A stretch of DNA of 63,437 nucleotides, filler included, from 13 parts of 13 records of this genome joined end to end with filler, not necessarily neighbours in it; one strand, 5' to 3'. Counted from the whole stretch's first letter, positions 35,301 through 46,559 are shown. Made by a program: numbers and translations. The notes: a model not told the origin generated them from the sequence alone.

Positions 35301-38300
35301 CTGCAAGGTCACATGCCGGAGCGGCTGCTACGCGGTCCCCGTCCGGAGGGCTGGTCCTCGGCCGAGCTCCCCCACCGAATCCCGGACTATCAGCTGCCAG
35401 CGGCCGCCGGGCCGACTCGGCCGCTCGCCTGGGACACCTGCAGCCTCCGGGAGTACCGGGCGCACCTGCACGCCGCGCTGTACCACGAAGAGGCGCACGC
35501 CAGGCGGGAGCAGACGAGCTTCTGGAGGCGCAAACCGCTCGAGCCACTCGGGCGCTGCGAGAATGAGCGCGGCGAGTCCGGTCGCCTGTTTGGGCTGGAG
35601 CTGCCGCTCGAAGAGAAGCCGCCTGAGCAGTCTGACGAGTTGCATGTTGAGTGCGGCGAGGTGAGCTTTGTATGCTACTTCTGGGAAGTAGCCCCCAGCC
35701 CGGCCGGCGGGCACTGGGCCACCGTGGCGGCCCACGAGAGCTTTGGCAACCGGCCGCCGTACCGACTGCGCTTGGCCACCAGTCGGACTGCCAGTAGGGC
35801 GCAGCATCGGGCGATAGATCATTGCCGCGCCGCGGTGCTCATGCGAGGGAGGCAAAAGCTGGCCGTCTGCTCGCCACCGGACGGGCTGCCGAGTGCAGTG
35901 AGCGGGGTGCTGGGCATGCTCAACCATGCCCAGGCCGTAGCTTGCTGGACTATGGTCTCACATCAAGAGAGCCCACCTCAGCCGCGCACACTGCAAGGCC
36001 CGCCCGGCACCGGCAAGACCACGGTGCTCGCGTTTTCCGTGCTGGTGGCGCTCGATCAGCGTCCGGGCGCGAAAGTGTTGCTTTGTGCCCCTAGTAACGA
36101 GGCGGTCGATGTATGTTGTGCCAAGCTGGTCAGAAGCAAGCCAAATGTGGATCTGGTCCGGTTGAATCCGTTGCAGCGGGACCCGGACAGCTTGCCGCCA
36201 TCGCTCGAGGAGTATTCGGTGTTTGACCAGTCCGGCGGCCAGTTTGAAATTCCTGACTTGGAGCGAATGCGGCGGGCGAGCGTTGTGGCTTGCAGCTGCT
36301 CCTCAGCATCGTACATTGTCAGCTCGCTCAATGAAGGCGAATCAGGCTGGTTCACTCACGTATTCGTAGACGAGGCGGCCCAGGCCACCGAACCGGAGTG
36401 CCTGATTCCGCTGGGGCTGGCAGCCGAGACAGGCTCGGGTGTCTGGCTGCTGGGGGACTTCCACCAGCTGGGGCCGGTGGTGCGCTCTCCGGCTGCGGTC
36501 CAGTCTGGGTTATCTGAGCCGTTGATGCAGCGGGTGGTGCGGCAGGCCGGCGACGAGCTCGTTCTGCGGGAGTCTTACAGAGCACACCCGAGCATCCTGC
36601 GGCTGTATAACAACACGGTATACCAAGGGCAGCTCAAGCCGGGGCATAACCCGCCGTCCGCAGCGCAGGTGTGCATGCTGCAGCACAGGATCTTTGCGCA
36701 GAGCAACGGTCACCCCGTGCTGTTTGAGCATGTGGAGGGCACCGCCGAATCAGTTGGAAATAGCGTATGCAACAGGGCGGAGGCTGAGCGTGTTGTGGCC
36801 TATTTGAAGGATCTCATGGGCGATGGGTCGGTTGCGCCAGACGACATTGGCGTCATCACCCCGTATGCAGCTCAGAGAAGACTGTTGCAGGAGATGTGCG
36901 GAAGCGCGATGGCGGACCAGATCACGATAGGGACCGTGCATAAGTTTCAAGGGAGTGAACGGAAGGTGCTCCTTGTGAGCACAGTCCGGTCAGGCAGTAA
37001 GGGTAACTTCGATTTGAGGCGAGATCTTGGGTTTGTCGCCGACTCCAGAATGGCTAACGTCACGGTGAGCAGAGCAGAAGCAGGGATTGTAGTGGTGGGC
37101 GACATGCGCACATTGTCTCACCACCTGGTATGGAACAAAATCATCAGGGAGGCTGATCAGCTAGGAGCGCTTCACAATCTGAGTAAAGACAAGTTAGTCA
37201 GTATCGAGCGGGCTGAGGATAGCATCGTGTGCCACACGCCAGGCAGCGTGGTCAGCAGTGGGCGCAGTGAACCGCACGGGTATGTATTCATATGCAACAA
37301 TAGGACGCAGGATGAGTGCCTGGGGCGCGGGTTGTTTGGGCTGCCACAACGCTCGCTGAAGCATATGCAAGAGCACATCCACGATGGCACCGTCTGTCTA
37401 CTGTACAACCGTGATAACCAGACACTCCTGGGGCCATTCTATGCCAACGGTCAGCCGGCAAAGGATATTCAACCGGGCGCCTGGAGAGACACCGCCGGGC
37501 GCCTGTTCCCAGCTCAGGTGAAGGTGCAGCACGGGACGCTTGGGAAGCGCAAGAGGCACATAGACCAGGCAAATGGCGGGCTTCTGGAGCCGAAAGCGCT
37601 GCAGCCGCTGATGGACGAGCTGCAGCGGCACAGGCTTGAAGCAGATAAGGTGGTGGTGAAGAGCTTTGAGGAAGTGATGAGAGAGAAGCGGCAGCGGGCC
37701 TCAGGCAGTGCGCTGCGCGAGTTGAGTGCAGAGCAAGCGGCCTCCATTGAGGAGCAGTTCCATAAGGCATGGCGGCATACTGACAGGCCGCCACCGAAAT
37801 TGGTGAAACTGTGGGGCATCGAGTCGTCACAGGCTGTAAAAGACAGGTTCAGGTCGTACCAGCAACAAGTGCGCGATGCCCGCGGGCACGAGGACGGCGC
37901 ATGTGCAAGAGACGGAAACACCCGTCGGAGATTTCACGGGACCTGCAGATTGTGTGGAATCGGGGAAGGTGGCCCCTGCGTCACAGTCCCATGCAATCGT
38001 GCAGAATGTTCCTTGTGCTGTATTGTGAGAGACGGGTTCAAGTTGCCGGAGCTTTCCGCAAATAATCGGTTTGGAGCAGGGATTTATACTACGAGCACTG
38101 CGAGCAAGGCATGCGACTACCCCTTAGACGCGCCGCAGGGCGAGCGTGTGGTTATAGTGTGTTCTGTGGTGGCTGGTCTGGTGCATAAACGATCCGAATC
38201 GTGGCTTCCGGAGGACAGAACAAGAACAGCGCCACCAGATGGCCGCGATTCGATCGTTGGTGAGCCACTCGGCGATCCAGCAAAGAACGCGCTTGATGCT

Positions 38301-38423
38301 GAAGCACGTGGACCCGGCGACAACGTGGCCCTGCAGAATCCTTTGAACTTTGATGAGCTCGTTGTCTACGACGCAGCGGCAGTCTTGCCGACTGCATTCA
38401 TTTTATACGATTTTCAATCCTAA
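35301..38423 (+). CDS. MOV10/SDE3-like SF1 RNA helicase fused to a DCD domain and a PARP-like ADP-ribosyltransferase; probably 5'-truncated
   Basis: Helicase motifs GPPGTGKT, FTHVFVDEAAQATEPECLIPL, GDFHQLGP, SYRAHPSIL, GVITPY, HKFQGSE, NVTVSRA. DCD motifs GYVFICNNRTQDECL..LFGLP..FPAQV. ART motifs RRFHGT, RFGAGIY, NFDELVVY. Confidence 0.85.
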   Translation: MQGHMPERLLRGPRPEGWSSAELPHRIPDYQLPAAAGPTRPLAWDTCSLREYRAHLHAALYHEEAHARREQTSFWRRKPLEPLGRCENERGESGRLFGLELPLEEKPPEQSDELHVECGEVSFVCYFWEVAPSPAGGHWATVAAHESFGNRPPYRLRLATSRTASRAQHRAIDHCRAAVLMRGRQKLAVCSPPDGLPSAVSGVLGMLNHAQAVACWTMVSHQESPPQPRTLQGPPGTGKTTVLAFSVLVALDQRPGAKVLLCAPSNEAVDVCCAKLVRSKPNVDLVRLNPLQRDPDSLPPSLEEYSVFDQSGGQFEIPDLERMRRASVVACSCSSASYIVSSLNEGESGWFTHVFVDEAAQATEPECLIPLGLAAETGSGVWLLGDFHQLGPVVRSPAAVQSGLSEPLMQRVVRQAGDELVLRESYRAHPSILRLYNNTVYQGQLKPGHNPPSAAQVCMLQHRIFAQSNGHPVLFEHVEGTAESVGNSVCNRAEAERVVAYLKDLMGDGSVAPDDIGVITPYAAQRRLLQEMCGSAMADQITIGTVHKFQGSERKVLLVSTVRSGSKGNFDLRRDLGFVADSRMANVTVSRAEAGIVVVGDMRTLSHHLVWNKIIREADQLGALHNLSKDKLVSIERAEDSIVCHTPGSVVSSGRSEPHGYVFICNNRTQDECLGRGLFGLPQRSLKHMQEHIHDGTVCLLYNRDNQTLLGPFYANGQPAKDIQPGAWRDTAGRLFPAQVKVQHGTLGKRKRHIDQANGGLLEPKALQPLMDELQRHRLEADKVVVKSFEEVMREKRQRASGSALRELSAEQAASIEEQFHKAWRHTDRPPPKLVKLWGIESSQAVKDRFRSYQQQVRDARGHEDGACARDGNTRRRFHGTCRLCGIGEGGPCVTVPCNRAECSLCCIVRDGFKLPELSANNRFGAGIYTTSTASKACDYPLDAPQGERVVIVCSVVAGLVHKRSESWLPEDRTRTAPPDGRDSIVGEPLGDPAKNALDAEARGPGDNVALQNPLNFDELVVYDAAAVLPTAFILYDFQS

Positions 38424-38878
38424 GGCTAGGGGTAGGCTAGGGGTACATGGTAGGTACATGGTACATGTACTACTAACTAACTAACTAAGTACTAACATGT
38501 ACAAGTTAGAGATGATTGTACGAAACACGAATTGCTTGATTATACGGTAAAATTTACGATGAGAACACTTTGTCTACGTAATACATACGTAATACTCGTA
38601 CAGTCATACGTAACAGTGACCCGGTACGTGAACTANNNNNNNNNNNNNNNNNNNNNNNNNNNNNNNNNNNNNNNNNNNNTTAATTAATTAANNNNNNNNN
38701 NNNNNNNNNNNNNNNNNNNNNNNNNNNNNNNNNNNTCCTTTAGACATTTTTAACGACAATCCCCCCACTACGTACTCCATGGTACTCGTATTTGATAACA
38801 ACTTGTACTCCTAAACTATACTGACTAGCGTAACTTCTAGCGGACTGACCATCTAGAAAGGAACCTACTAAGTTATAT

Positions 38879-40707
38879 TCATGCCTCTGGCACAGTGCCA
38901 TCCTTGCCCAAGAACGCCGGGTCGAGAATCTTGTCACCGGCGCCCCATGACGATCCGGCATCGTCCTCAACGGCAGTGACTTGGCTGTTGGCAGCGCCAG
39001 CCTGCTGGCGGTGCTCGTTCAGCACAGCGTGCCCAAACGACTTCTGCTTGAAAGACATGCCTGCAGCCTTGTCCGATGCTGGCAGCTGCGTGGCAATGAT
39101 CGGCTTCACCGAGATCAACATGTGCTCTATGTTCATCAAATTATCGCCGGCTTTGACACGAATGTAACCATCCTCGCCCCAGTGTGCGCCCCACGAGTTC
39201 TTCACCTTCCAGTAAGGCGTGCCTTTGTGATCTTTGCCCCACCCAACAATATTGACTGCGTGGTTGACACGCTCGTAGTGGTCCTGGTCTGGCAGCTGCA
39301 AGTTGGTATCGAATACGCCTCCCTGGTACAAGTTCATCATCGGGTCGACTTCGATTCCCACAGTGACTGGCCCGTTGTCAAATATATCACGCTTCATGCT
39401 CGATTCAGTGGCTGCCCCATAGTACCCGCCAACATAATTGTAGTCGTTTACACGGGCAATCAGCTCAGACTCGACGGGGCACTGTTGCTGCTTGTCATCT
39501 TTAGCAGTGTACGGCACCGACTTGAGAGAAGTCACACCCAAGTCCTTGGCATACTTGGCAGACAGGTACGGGAAGCCGCCGTCGCAGCCCTGCGCGTACA
39601 TGCCGGCCTGGGTGAGAATGCTCTGAGGTGACGCAGTCCAAGCCTTGTCCGTCTTCATCCCGGTCTGGAGGAGTGACATGTCCTTCTTCTTCTTCTGCTG
39701 GAACCGCTGCAGCAGCGCGATCCTTGATGTGATCTGGTCGTTGGTTGCCACCGAGTAGCAGCTGCCGCACCCGCCTTGGTTGATTGCGGTCTGCACGAAG
39801 CTCTCGCCATTCACATTCGACCAGTCGTGCGCCTCTGGCAGGTCTGACACGTCAACCTCGACTTGTGCGAGCTCGACCGGCCGCCGCAGCCGCTTGTGCG
39901 CCTTGATTGGGTTGCCGAGCGCCTTCCGGTGTGGCTTCTCGTGCGCCGCGTACCGCTTGGCGGTCCAGGTGGCCTCGGGGTGAGAGTTGATGTGATCGAC
40001 CAGCGCTTGCTCCTGCTCGTCAGTGTAAAGTTCGAGCATCGAAATCGCTCCCAGATCATCCGCCTTACCGAAATTCTTGCTGAAGAGCTGCGCCTGGACG
40101 GGATCGTCTTTGGTTGCAACGTAGCAGCCCCAGCTCTCGTTGTCTGGGTTCTCCCAATCATGCACCCAGCCCGGGTAGGTTGACCCGCAGTGGCTCTCAG
40201 TTCCCTCGTCCACCGGCCTGTACAGGCTGTATGCAAAGAGGACTTGCTTTTCGCCGCCCGGCTTGGTTGGGATCCGGACCTCCCAGCCCTCATCGTAGAT
40301 CTGCGCCCCGCCGTCAGCCGGGGGGCAGGGACTAGACTCACCATGGTCCAGGTGCCCTTCTCCTGGGTCGGTTTCTTGTCCTCGTCCAGAAGCACCGCAA
40401 CAAGCTTGTCATTCTCGTCGGTGTCCGATGTGAGCTCGATGTGGACCTCATCTGCGACAGGCCAATTGTATTTCTCGGAGAGCCCGTAGTTGTCCTCCTT
40501 GCTCTGGTATTCTGTTCCCCCCTCCGAGCATGGAAAGCTTGTTGTGACGTCCGTCTTGGTGTTGCCGGTCTTGGAAAGCTTCAAGGTCCACTTGCCCAAG
40601 ACCTGATGAGGCTCGCAATGCACGTCCAAGTCCCCCGACGCCAGCCGCGAGGCCAGCCCCAGGAGCAACCAACCCAAAGGCAGCGATCCCCCAAACGCGG
40701 CTAACAT
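38879..40707 (-). CDS. CTSC: Cathepsin C / dipeptidyl-peptidase I
   Basis: Signal peptide, then DLDVHC exclusion-domain start and WTM|IYDEGWEV across a 41-nt intron (40301-40341). Catalytic motifs QGGCGSCYS, QGCDGGFPYL, NHAV and VKNSWG. Confidence 0.92.
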
Positions 40708-40797
40708 CGCCACAGGGCCGTCGGACAACCTTGTGTGACGCTATCCACAGATTTTCTTTTCTTTGTTTTTTTTGGGATAACGGTAAAATACGTCGAG

Positions 40798-42404
40798 ATG
40801 ACACCGAGTGGTGCCTCGCCACCGTCGCTGATGCGGGTGCGGAGCAGCTGCTGCGACATGGAGGCGGCCGAGGCCAAGTCGGCGGCCCCGCTGGTGCGGG
40901 CGGCCAGCTGCCCGGGCTTCTCCGGCAGGGGCGCGGCCGCCTCGGCCCAGCCTGCGGTGGACTGCCAGTACGCGGCTCAGTTTGCGCCCGGCAGCGAGCG
41001 GCAGGCGGTCGAGCGGCTGGGCGAGCTGCTGCAGTGGGACTGGGAGTGGCAGATGTTCGATAACCCTGTGTTTGGCACCCAGTGCGGACACCACCAGCAC
41101 GACTACCGGCTGCAGGCGCTCTCTGCCGCCTCGTTTGAACTGCGGGCCGCCCACGCCGGCCAGCTTGAACAGGCAGTGCGGGCCGAGCTGGCCGGCGGGC
41201 AGCTGCCGGCCGGACCGGCGCTGCACGCGCGGGTGTTGGTGGAGGACCTGGCTTGCCTCCAACGGAACGTGGCCAACGGGCTGCATTTGACTTTGAAGCT
41301 GCATGGCCTTGGGCACGGCGGCACGCTGAACGACCTACAGGAGGCGCTGGAGTGGACCCAGCTGGCCACTCCCGCCCAGTTCGAGCAGCTCCGGCGGCGG
41401 CTGGCCGGCTTCCCGGGCCAGATTGCAGATTTAATCGGTCTGTTGAAAGAGTCACTCCGGCGAGGGTTCAGGCCTCCGACCGCTGTGATCGAGGCAGTGC
41501 CCGGCCGGATCCAGTCAATGCTCGAGCACTGGCCGCCCGAGCTGGCCGAGGCGATCGCGCAGGCGCCGGATGAACGGACGCGGCAGGCGCTGACGGACAC
41601 TCTCGAACTGGGCTGGCGAGCTGGGCTGGCACAGCTGTTGGAGTTCGTCCAGGGCGAGTACTTGAGTGCGGCCACTGACCAGCCAGGGCTGTGCGCACAG
41701 CCTAACGGAAAGTTGCTCTACAGGGCCTATCTGCGGTATAACCTGGGGTCGGACATTTCTGCTGAGAAGATCCACACCAAGGGGCTGCAGGAGGTGGCAA
41801 GGATCCGGCAGCGGATCGAACACGAAGTGTTTCCAGCGCTCGAGCACACAGGATCGATCCACCAGCTCGGGCTGGACCTGCGCAGCCGGCCGGACCAGCA
41901 GTTCGGGAGTGAGGAGCAGCTGGTCGAACGGTTTGAACAATTGCTTGCCAAGATTAGCAGCTGGCTGCCCAAGCTATTCGATAAGCTGCCCGAGGCCGAG
42001 CTGCAAGTGCGCCCGCTGTCCACTGGTGGGATCCCGTTCTACATTGCGGGTACAGTGGACGGCTCGCGCCCTGGGATCACGTACCTGCCTACCGCTCCGC
42101 TCGACCAGCAGCCGGCATATGAGCAGCCGGTGTATGCGCTGCACGAGGGCATACCGGGGCATCACCTGCAGAACTCGTTGCACCTGGAGGACGCGCGGCT
42201 GCCCAACTTTTTGAGGATTCTAGAAGAGCGCAGATATGAATGGATCCCGGCCCGAAGGTGGGCTGCGCTGGGCTAGAGCTGATGGTGTGTGCAGGCAGGA
42301 GTTCATGGCTTATCAGGAGGGCTGGGCGTTGTATGCTGAGGCGCTGGGCGAGGAGATGGGCGTTCCGTTGACTGAGGGCGCGGTGTACGACTCGGTGCAA
42401 AGCG
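40798..42404 (+). CDS. DUF885-family putative metallopeptidase, 3'-truncated
   Basis: ALHEGIPGHHLQ, and after a 37-nt GT-AG intron (42258-42294) AYQEGWALYAEALGEEMG; also IHTKGLQEVARI. Confidence 0.85.
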
Positions 42405-42631
42405 NNNNNNNNNNNNNNNNNNNNNNNNNNNNNNNNNNNNNNNNNNNNTTAATTAATTAANNNNNNNNNNNNNNNNNNNNNNNNNNNNNNNNNNNNNNNN
42501 NNNNAGATCGACGCGCCTCCGCCGGAGGCTATTCTATTACTTATAATAATTGTCATTCGGCACGTGCATTGTTGTTGCCGTACCGCGGCCCAATACCCCG
42601 CCCGCCTGGGAAGCTGATACACACAAACAGC

Positions 42632-43153
42632 TCACGCTCGGCAGCGGACCGGCGGTTGGTACGGCGGTGGGTGTTGCCACTCTGGCACCATCTGGGGCGG
42701 CTCGTACGCTGGAGGATCTTGCCAGGTCTCGTGACAGTACCGCTCGTAAGAATCCACCAGCGCCGCTCGATACGCCGCCCCCCGCCCGCTGCGCGAGGGC
42801 GATGTCGTTGGGCTGGCCGGCTGGCCGCTCTCTTCATGCGCGGCCGGCCCGACAGAAACTACGATGCGGCCGTACTTGCAACCCACGTCTTCTGCTTTAC
42901 CCACCAGCCACCAGCCGCCCAGCAGGCACTCAAACTGCAGCCGGGCGTCCAACGCCAACAGCACCGGCCCGAGCAGCTCGGCCAGCGCGTCGGATGGCCG
43001 GCCAAGTTGGGTGGCCAGATACGGCCGGGAGGCCAGAATCGACGCCCCGCCCGGGTTGGGGCCAGCAGCCGGCTGGAGCTGGGCGAGCAGCGCCTCGGCG
43101 AAGGCTTGCAGGCTGCGGGGGGTCAGGTCGAACACCGGCTCTGTCGGCTGCAT
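42632..43153 (-). CDS. Hypothetical protein; 3' end may be spliced
   Basis: ATG-initiated, globular-looking 173-aa ORF, head-to-head with MCTS1. Confidence 0.45.
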   Translation of the reverse strand: MQPTEPVFDLTPRSLQAFAEALLAQLQPAAGPNPGGASILASRPYLATQLGRPSDALAELLGPVLLALDARLQFECLLGGWWLVGKAEDVGCKYGRIVVSVGPAAHEESGQPASPTTSPSRSGRGAAYRAALVDSYERYCHETWQDPPAYEPPQMVPEWQHPPPYQPPVRCRA

Positions 43154-43277
43154 TTGTGCTGGTTCTCTCGAGCCGCGGCGTCGAGCCGGCGAGAGAGACG
43201 CGGCGGCAGTCTCTCATCATTGCTGAAATCAACGGACTTCTATTCGCCCGGGGCGTGTGGACTGTGGAGGCAGCGCG

Positions 43278-44064
43278 ATGTTTAAGAAGTTCACCAAGGC
43301 GGAGATCACCGGCCAGTCGCAGGTCAAGTCCTCGCAGCAGGCGCCCCCCCCTCCCTTCCCCCCGGCCGAACCCGGGGGCAGCGCGGGATTAAAAGCTCTC
43401 TGGTGGAGCAGGCGACGGCCGGGCCTGGGGCTGGCTGACAGGCTGGGCAGTACCCTATGCTCGAGTCGATTATCGACGAGCTCATCCCAAAGAAGGGCCT
43501 GATTGTGGTCAAATGGTGCCCCGGCCCGGCTGGGACCTCTGGCCAGCGGCAGGGCCAGTCAGAACCATCTGCAATTACTCACAGTCAACAACGAGATCTT
43601 ATTCGCCCAGCAGAGGGATGGGCCGCACTTCCCCGCGCTCCGACTGCTGCATAAATGTGGCCCGGTCCTAGCGCGGGGCTCAGCTTGGGCTGCCAGATCC
43701 GAACATGCTGCCCCAGCTGAGGGTAGACCGGGGGGCTATCAAGCACGTGATCGGGGGGGCCAACATCATGTGTCCAGGTGGCCCAGGCCCGGCCCGGTGC
43801 GTGAGCAGGGGGCGGCAGGGCTCACGTCGCCTGGGGCCGACATGCCAGATGATTTACCGGGAGATACTGTAGTCGCGATAATGGCAGAGGGGAAGGAGCA
43901 CGCCTGCGCAGTAGGTGTGACCAACATGTCCACTGCTGAGATGTGCGCTGGGTGGTGCCGGCGCGGTGCGAGCGGGGGGCAGACGGGAGGTGAACAAGGG
44001 ACTGGGCGTGACGAGCATACATTACCTGAATGATGGATTGTACCAGATGGTGGACTTGGACTGA
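43278..44064 (+). CDS. MCTS1: MCTS1/Tma20 PUA-domain translation reinitiation factor, 7 exons
   Basis: Splicing out 43341-43381, 43412-43450, 43516-43558, 43657-43696, 43778-43818 and 43943-43982 gives MFKKF..[66 protein letters not shown]. Confidence 0.95.
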
Positions 44065-44407
44065 GCTCAGACAGCCGTGCCGAGTGGCTTGTACCGGTCT
44101 GAGTCAGCTTGTACGTAGGCTTCGTCATTATTGAAGGCACTACACGTAGCTTAATCTAATGAGCACCGACGCTCGAGTTGTAATGATCTATGTTTCTATC
44201 TATGTTGTCTATGATGCCAACTGGTAGGTACCAATTGCGACCTAATCGCGACCGGTAGTGCAGTACTCCTACTTAGTGTTGCTAAGTGATGCTGAGTGGC
44301 ATGAACCTTCATGAACCCAGCAAGTACAGTACACATGTGCGAGTGCGTAGGCCTAACGTAGGCCTGTTCGACTATTCGTACCAGTCCAACTTCATGCCCG
44401 CGTACAA

Positions 44408-46379
44408 TCACGCGACGATTTCGCTCGTCTGCTGCTCTTCTGCAGGCGAGGCCTTGCTTAGACTAAGTTGACCATTCGCACAGTTCAGGAGCATTTGACC
44501 ATCCGGCTTCTTCTGGCTCGCGGGCTTTGCTGCAGATACATCTTTCGGTTCCGGTTTTGCCTCGTTCGCTTGTTCTTCAAACACGGATTTGGCGGCCTGA
44601 GTCAGTTGCTTCCAGCACTCACCCGCCGCCTTCATCAACTCCTTATTCTCCGCGCCCGGGAACACTTCTTTCGCCTCCAACTGCCCCCGGCTCGGGCCAC
44701 ATTCGGGCCGTCTTAAGCATACCCTGAACTGCTTTAGGAAAACATGGTACGAGTTGAGCTGCGCTGGCTTCTTTGCCTCTTTTTCGAGGGCTGACCGCTC
44801 ATCAGACGCCAGCTGCGACCATCGCTCCTCCGCGATTCTCCTCAGATCTTGTTTAGGCACCTGCTGCAGGCCGCGCCAGTCGGCGTCTCGCCAGGTGCGT
44901 GCGCGGCACCTCGGAGCTCTTTTTGATTTTATCCATGAATAACTCAAATCCGCTCTCGAATCGCTGCTTCTTCTTGGCCGTGCTGGCAGCGGGCAGCTTT
45001 GTGGCCTGATTCTTGAGCTCTGCACGCCGGTCAGCCCGTTGACCCGGTCGCGGCTCACCGGTCAGAGCGCCGGCCTTCCTCTTGGCTCGATGCTGCTGGG
45101 CTAGAGTCTCAAACGGCGCTTTCTCCTGCTCTGGCAGCGCCGCCCAGGCCTCCTTAGCCTTCTGCCGCACAAGTTTGTGGTCCAGCCCGCCCGGCCCGGA
45201 GGTCTTATATTCCTTTCTGAAGTGATCCACAAAGAACTCGTAACCCGACTTTGATTGCGACGGCTTCCGCTTCGCGGCGACAGCCGGCTTGGCAGGCGCA
45301 GGCTCACTACTCTCAGCAGCCGGCGCCTCCGCGGCTGGCTGCGCCGCCTCCTCCGCGCCAGCCTGCTGGCTCTGCTTGGCCGCCTGTTGCTCATACACAT
45401 GCTTGTCCTCGGGCGACCGGCCGTCCCACTCCGCTTTGGCGGCCGCTCTCATCTCCTTGGAACAGAACGGCTTATCCTGGCAGCTCTTTCGATAGGTTTT
45501 GCTGAACTCGGCCACGAAGAACTCGTACGCAGACTTGCGCGCCCGCTTCCTGCTGGCTGCCGGCTTACTAGCCTCGGCGGCAGCTGGCTTTGGCGTCGCC
45601 TTCTGCGCTGCCTCCCGGGCCTCGTCCTCGAATGGCTTCTTGAGCTCGGGCGAGAACCCTCCCCACGCCTCCTTGGCCGCGGCCCGCATCGCTTTTTCGA
45701 CAAAAGTCGAACCGGCCTGCTCCTTGTATTGCGCGCGGAAACGGCGGACGAAGCACTCGTACGGCGTCGCCGTCTTGGGTGGCCGCTGCGTCTGGGCACC
45801 CGCACCGCTGGTCTTCGGCCGCTTGACCGGCTGCGCCCCGTCGGCCGGCCGTTTCGTCTTGGCTGGCTTGGCCTGGCCCTGCTGCTCTTTGAGCTTTGCC
45901 GCGTGCTCGTTGAAGACCTCCTTGTCGGCCGGCTCGAGCAGCTTCCACTTCTCCTGCGCCACCTCGTTCATCTTCTTCTTATCGAACCCCTGGCTGCCGC
46001 CCGCCGGCCCGGTGCTCGGGCCTTCTTGAGTCAACGCCGCCTTATATTCGCGCTGGAAGGCGAGCAGAAAGCAATCGTACGCTGTCTTGTTCCGCGGCGT
46101 GCTCTTGGGGCCGGCCTTCTTGACCTGGGTCGCCCCCGGGGACGGGTGCGCCTTCGCAGCGACTGGCGGCCCGCTCTGGTCGGCTGGCTGCGGCTGGGCG
46201 GGGGCGCTGGCTGCGGGTGACGGGACAGCCAGCGCGGCGGCGATCGGGTCGTGCGGCGCCGGAGGCTGCCCCGGCGAGCTCGCGGGCAGGGCGCCGGCGC
46301 GGGGAGGCACCTGGCTGGGCGCCGGGGGAGGGGCAGCTAGGCCGGCCGGCTGCTCGATCTTTGGCTCCTCCAGGGCCAT
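44408..46379 (-). CDS. Multi-HMG-box protein (about 6 boxes), multi-exon
   Basis: Repeated (S/T)xY..F......Y/K ... W..L...K..F/Y units, e.g. KSAYEFFVAEF..AKAEWDGRSPEDKHVYEQQA and NSYHVFLKQFR..AGECWKQLTQAAKSVFEEQA. Confidence 0.8.
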
Positions 46380-46559
46380 CCCGCCTGCCTCCCGCCGTGC
46401 GATTCAGCGATTCAAGCTGAGCTCGCTTTGTCCGTATGATTTTCGTTTATTGTATTACANNNNNNNNNNNNNNNNNNNNNNNNNNNNNNNNNNNNNNNNN
46501 NNNTTAATTAATTAANNNNNNNNNNNNNNNNNNNNNNNNNNNNNNNNNNNNNNNNNNNN

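Noticed and set aside
43341-43982. Uniform ~40-nt introns as an introner transposon family
   Set aside because: They share length and composition but no alignable sequence, common terminal inverted repeats or consistent target-site duplications.
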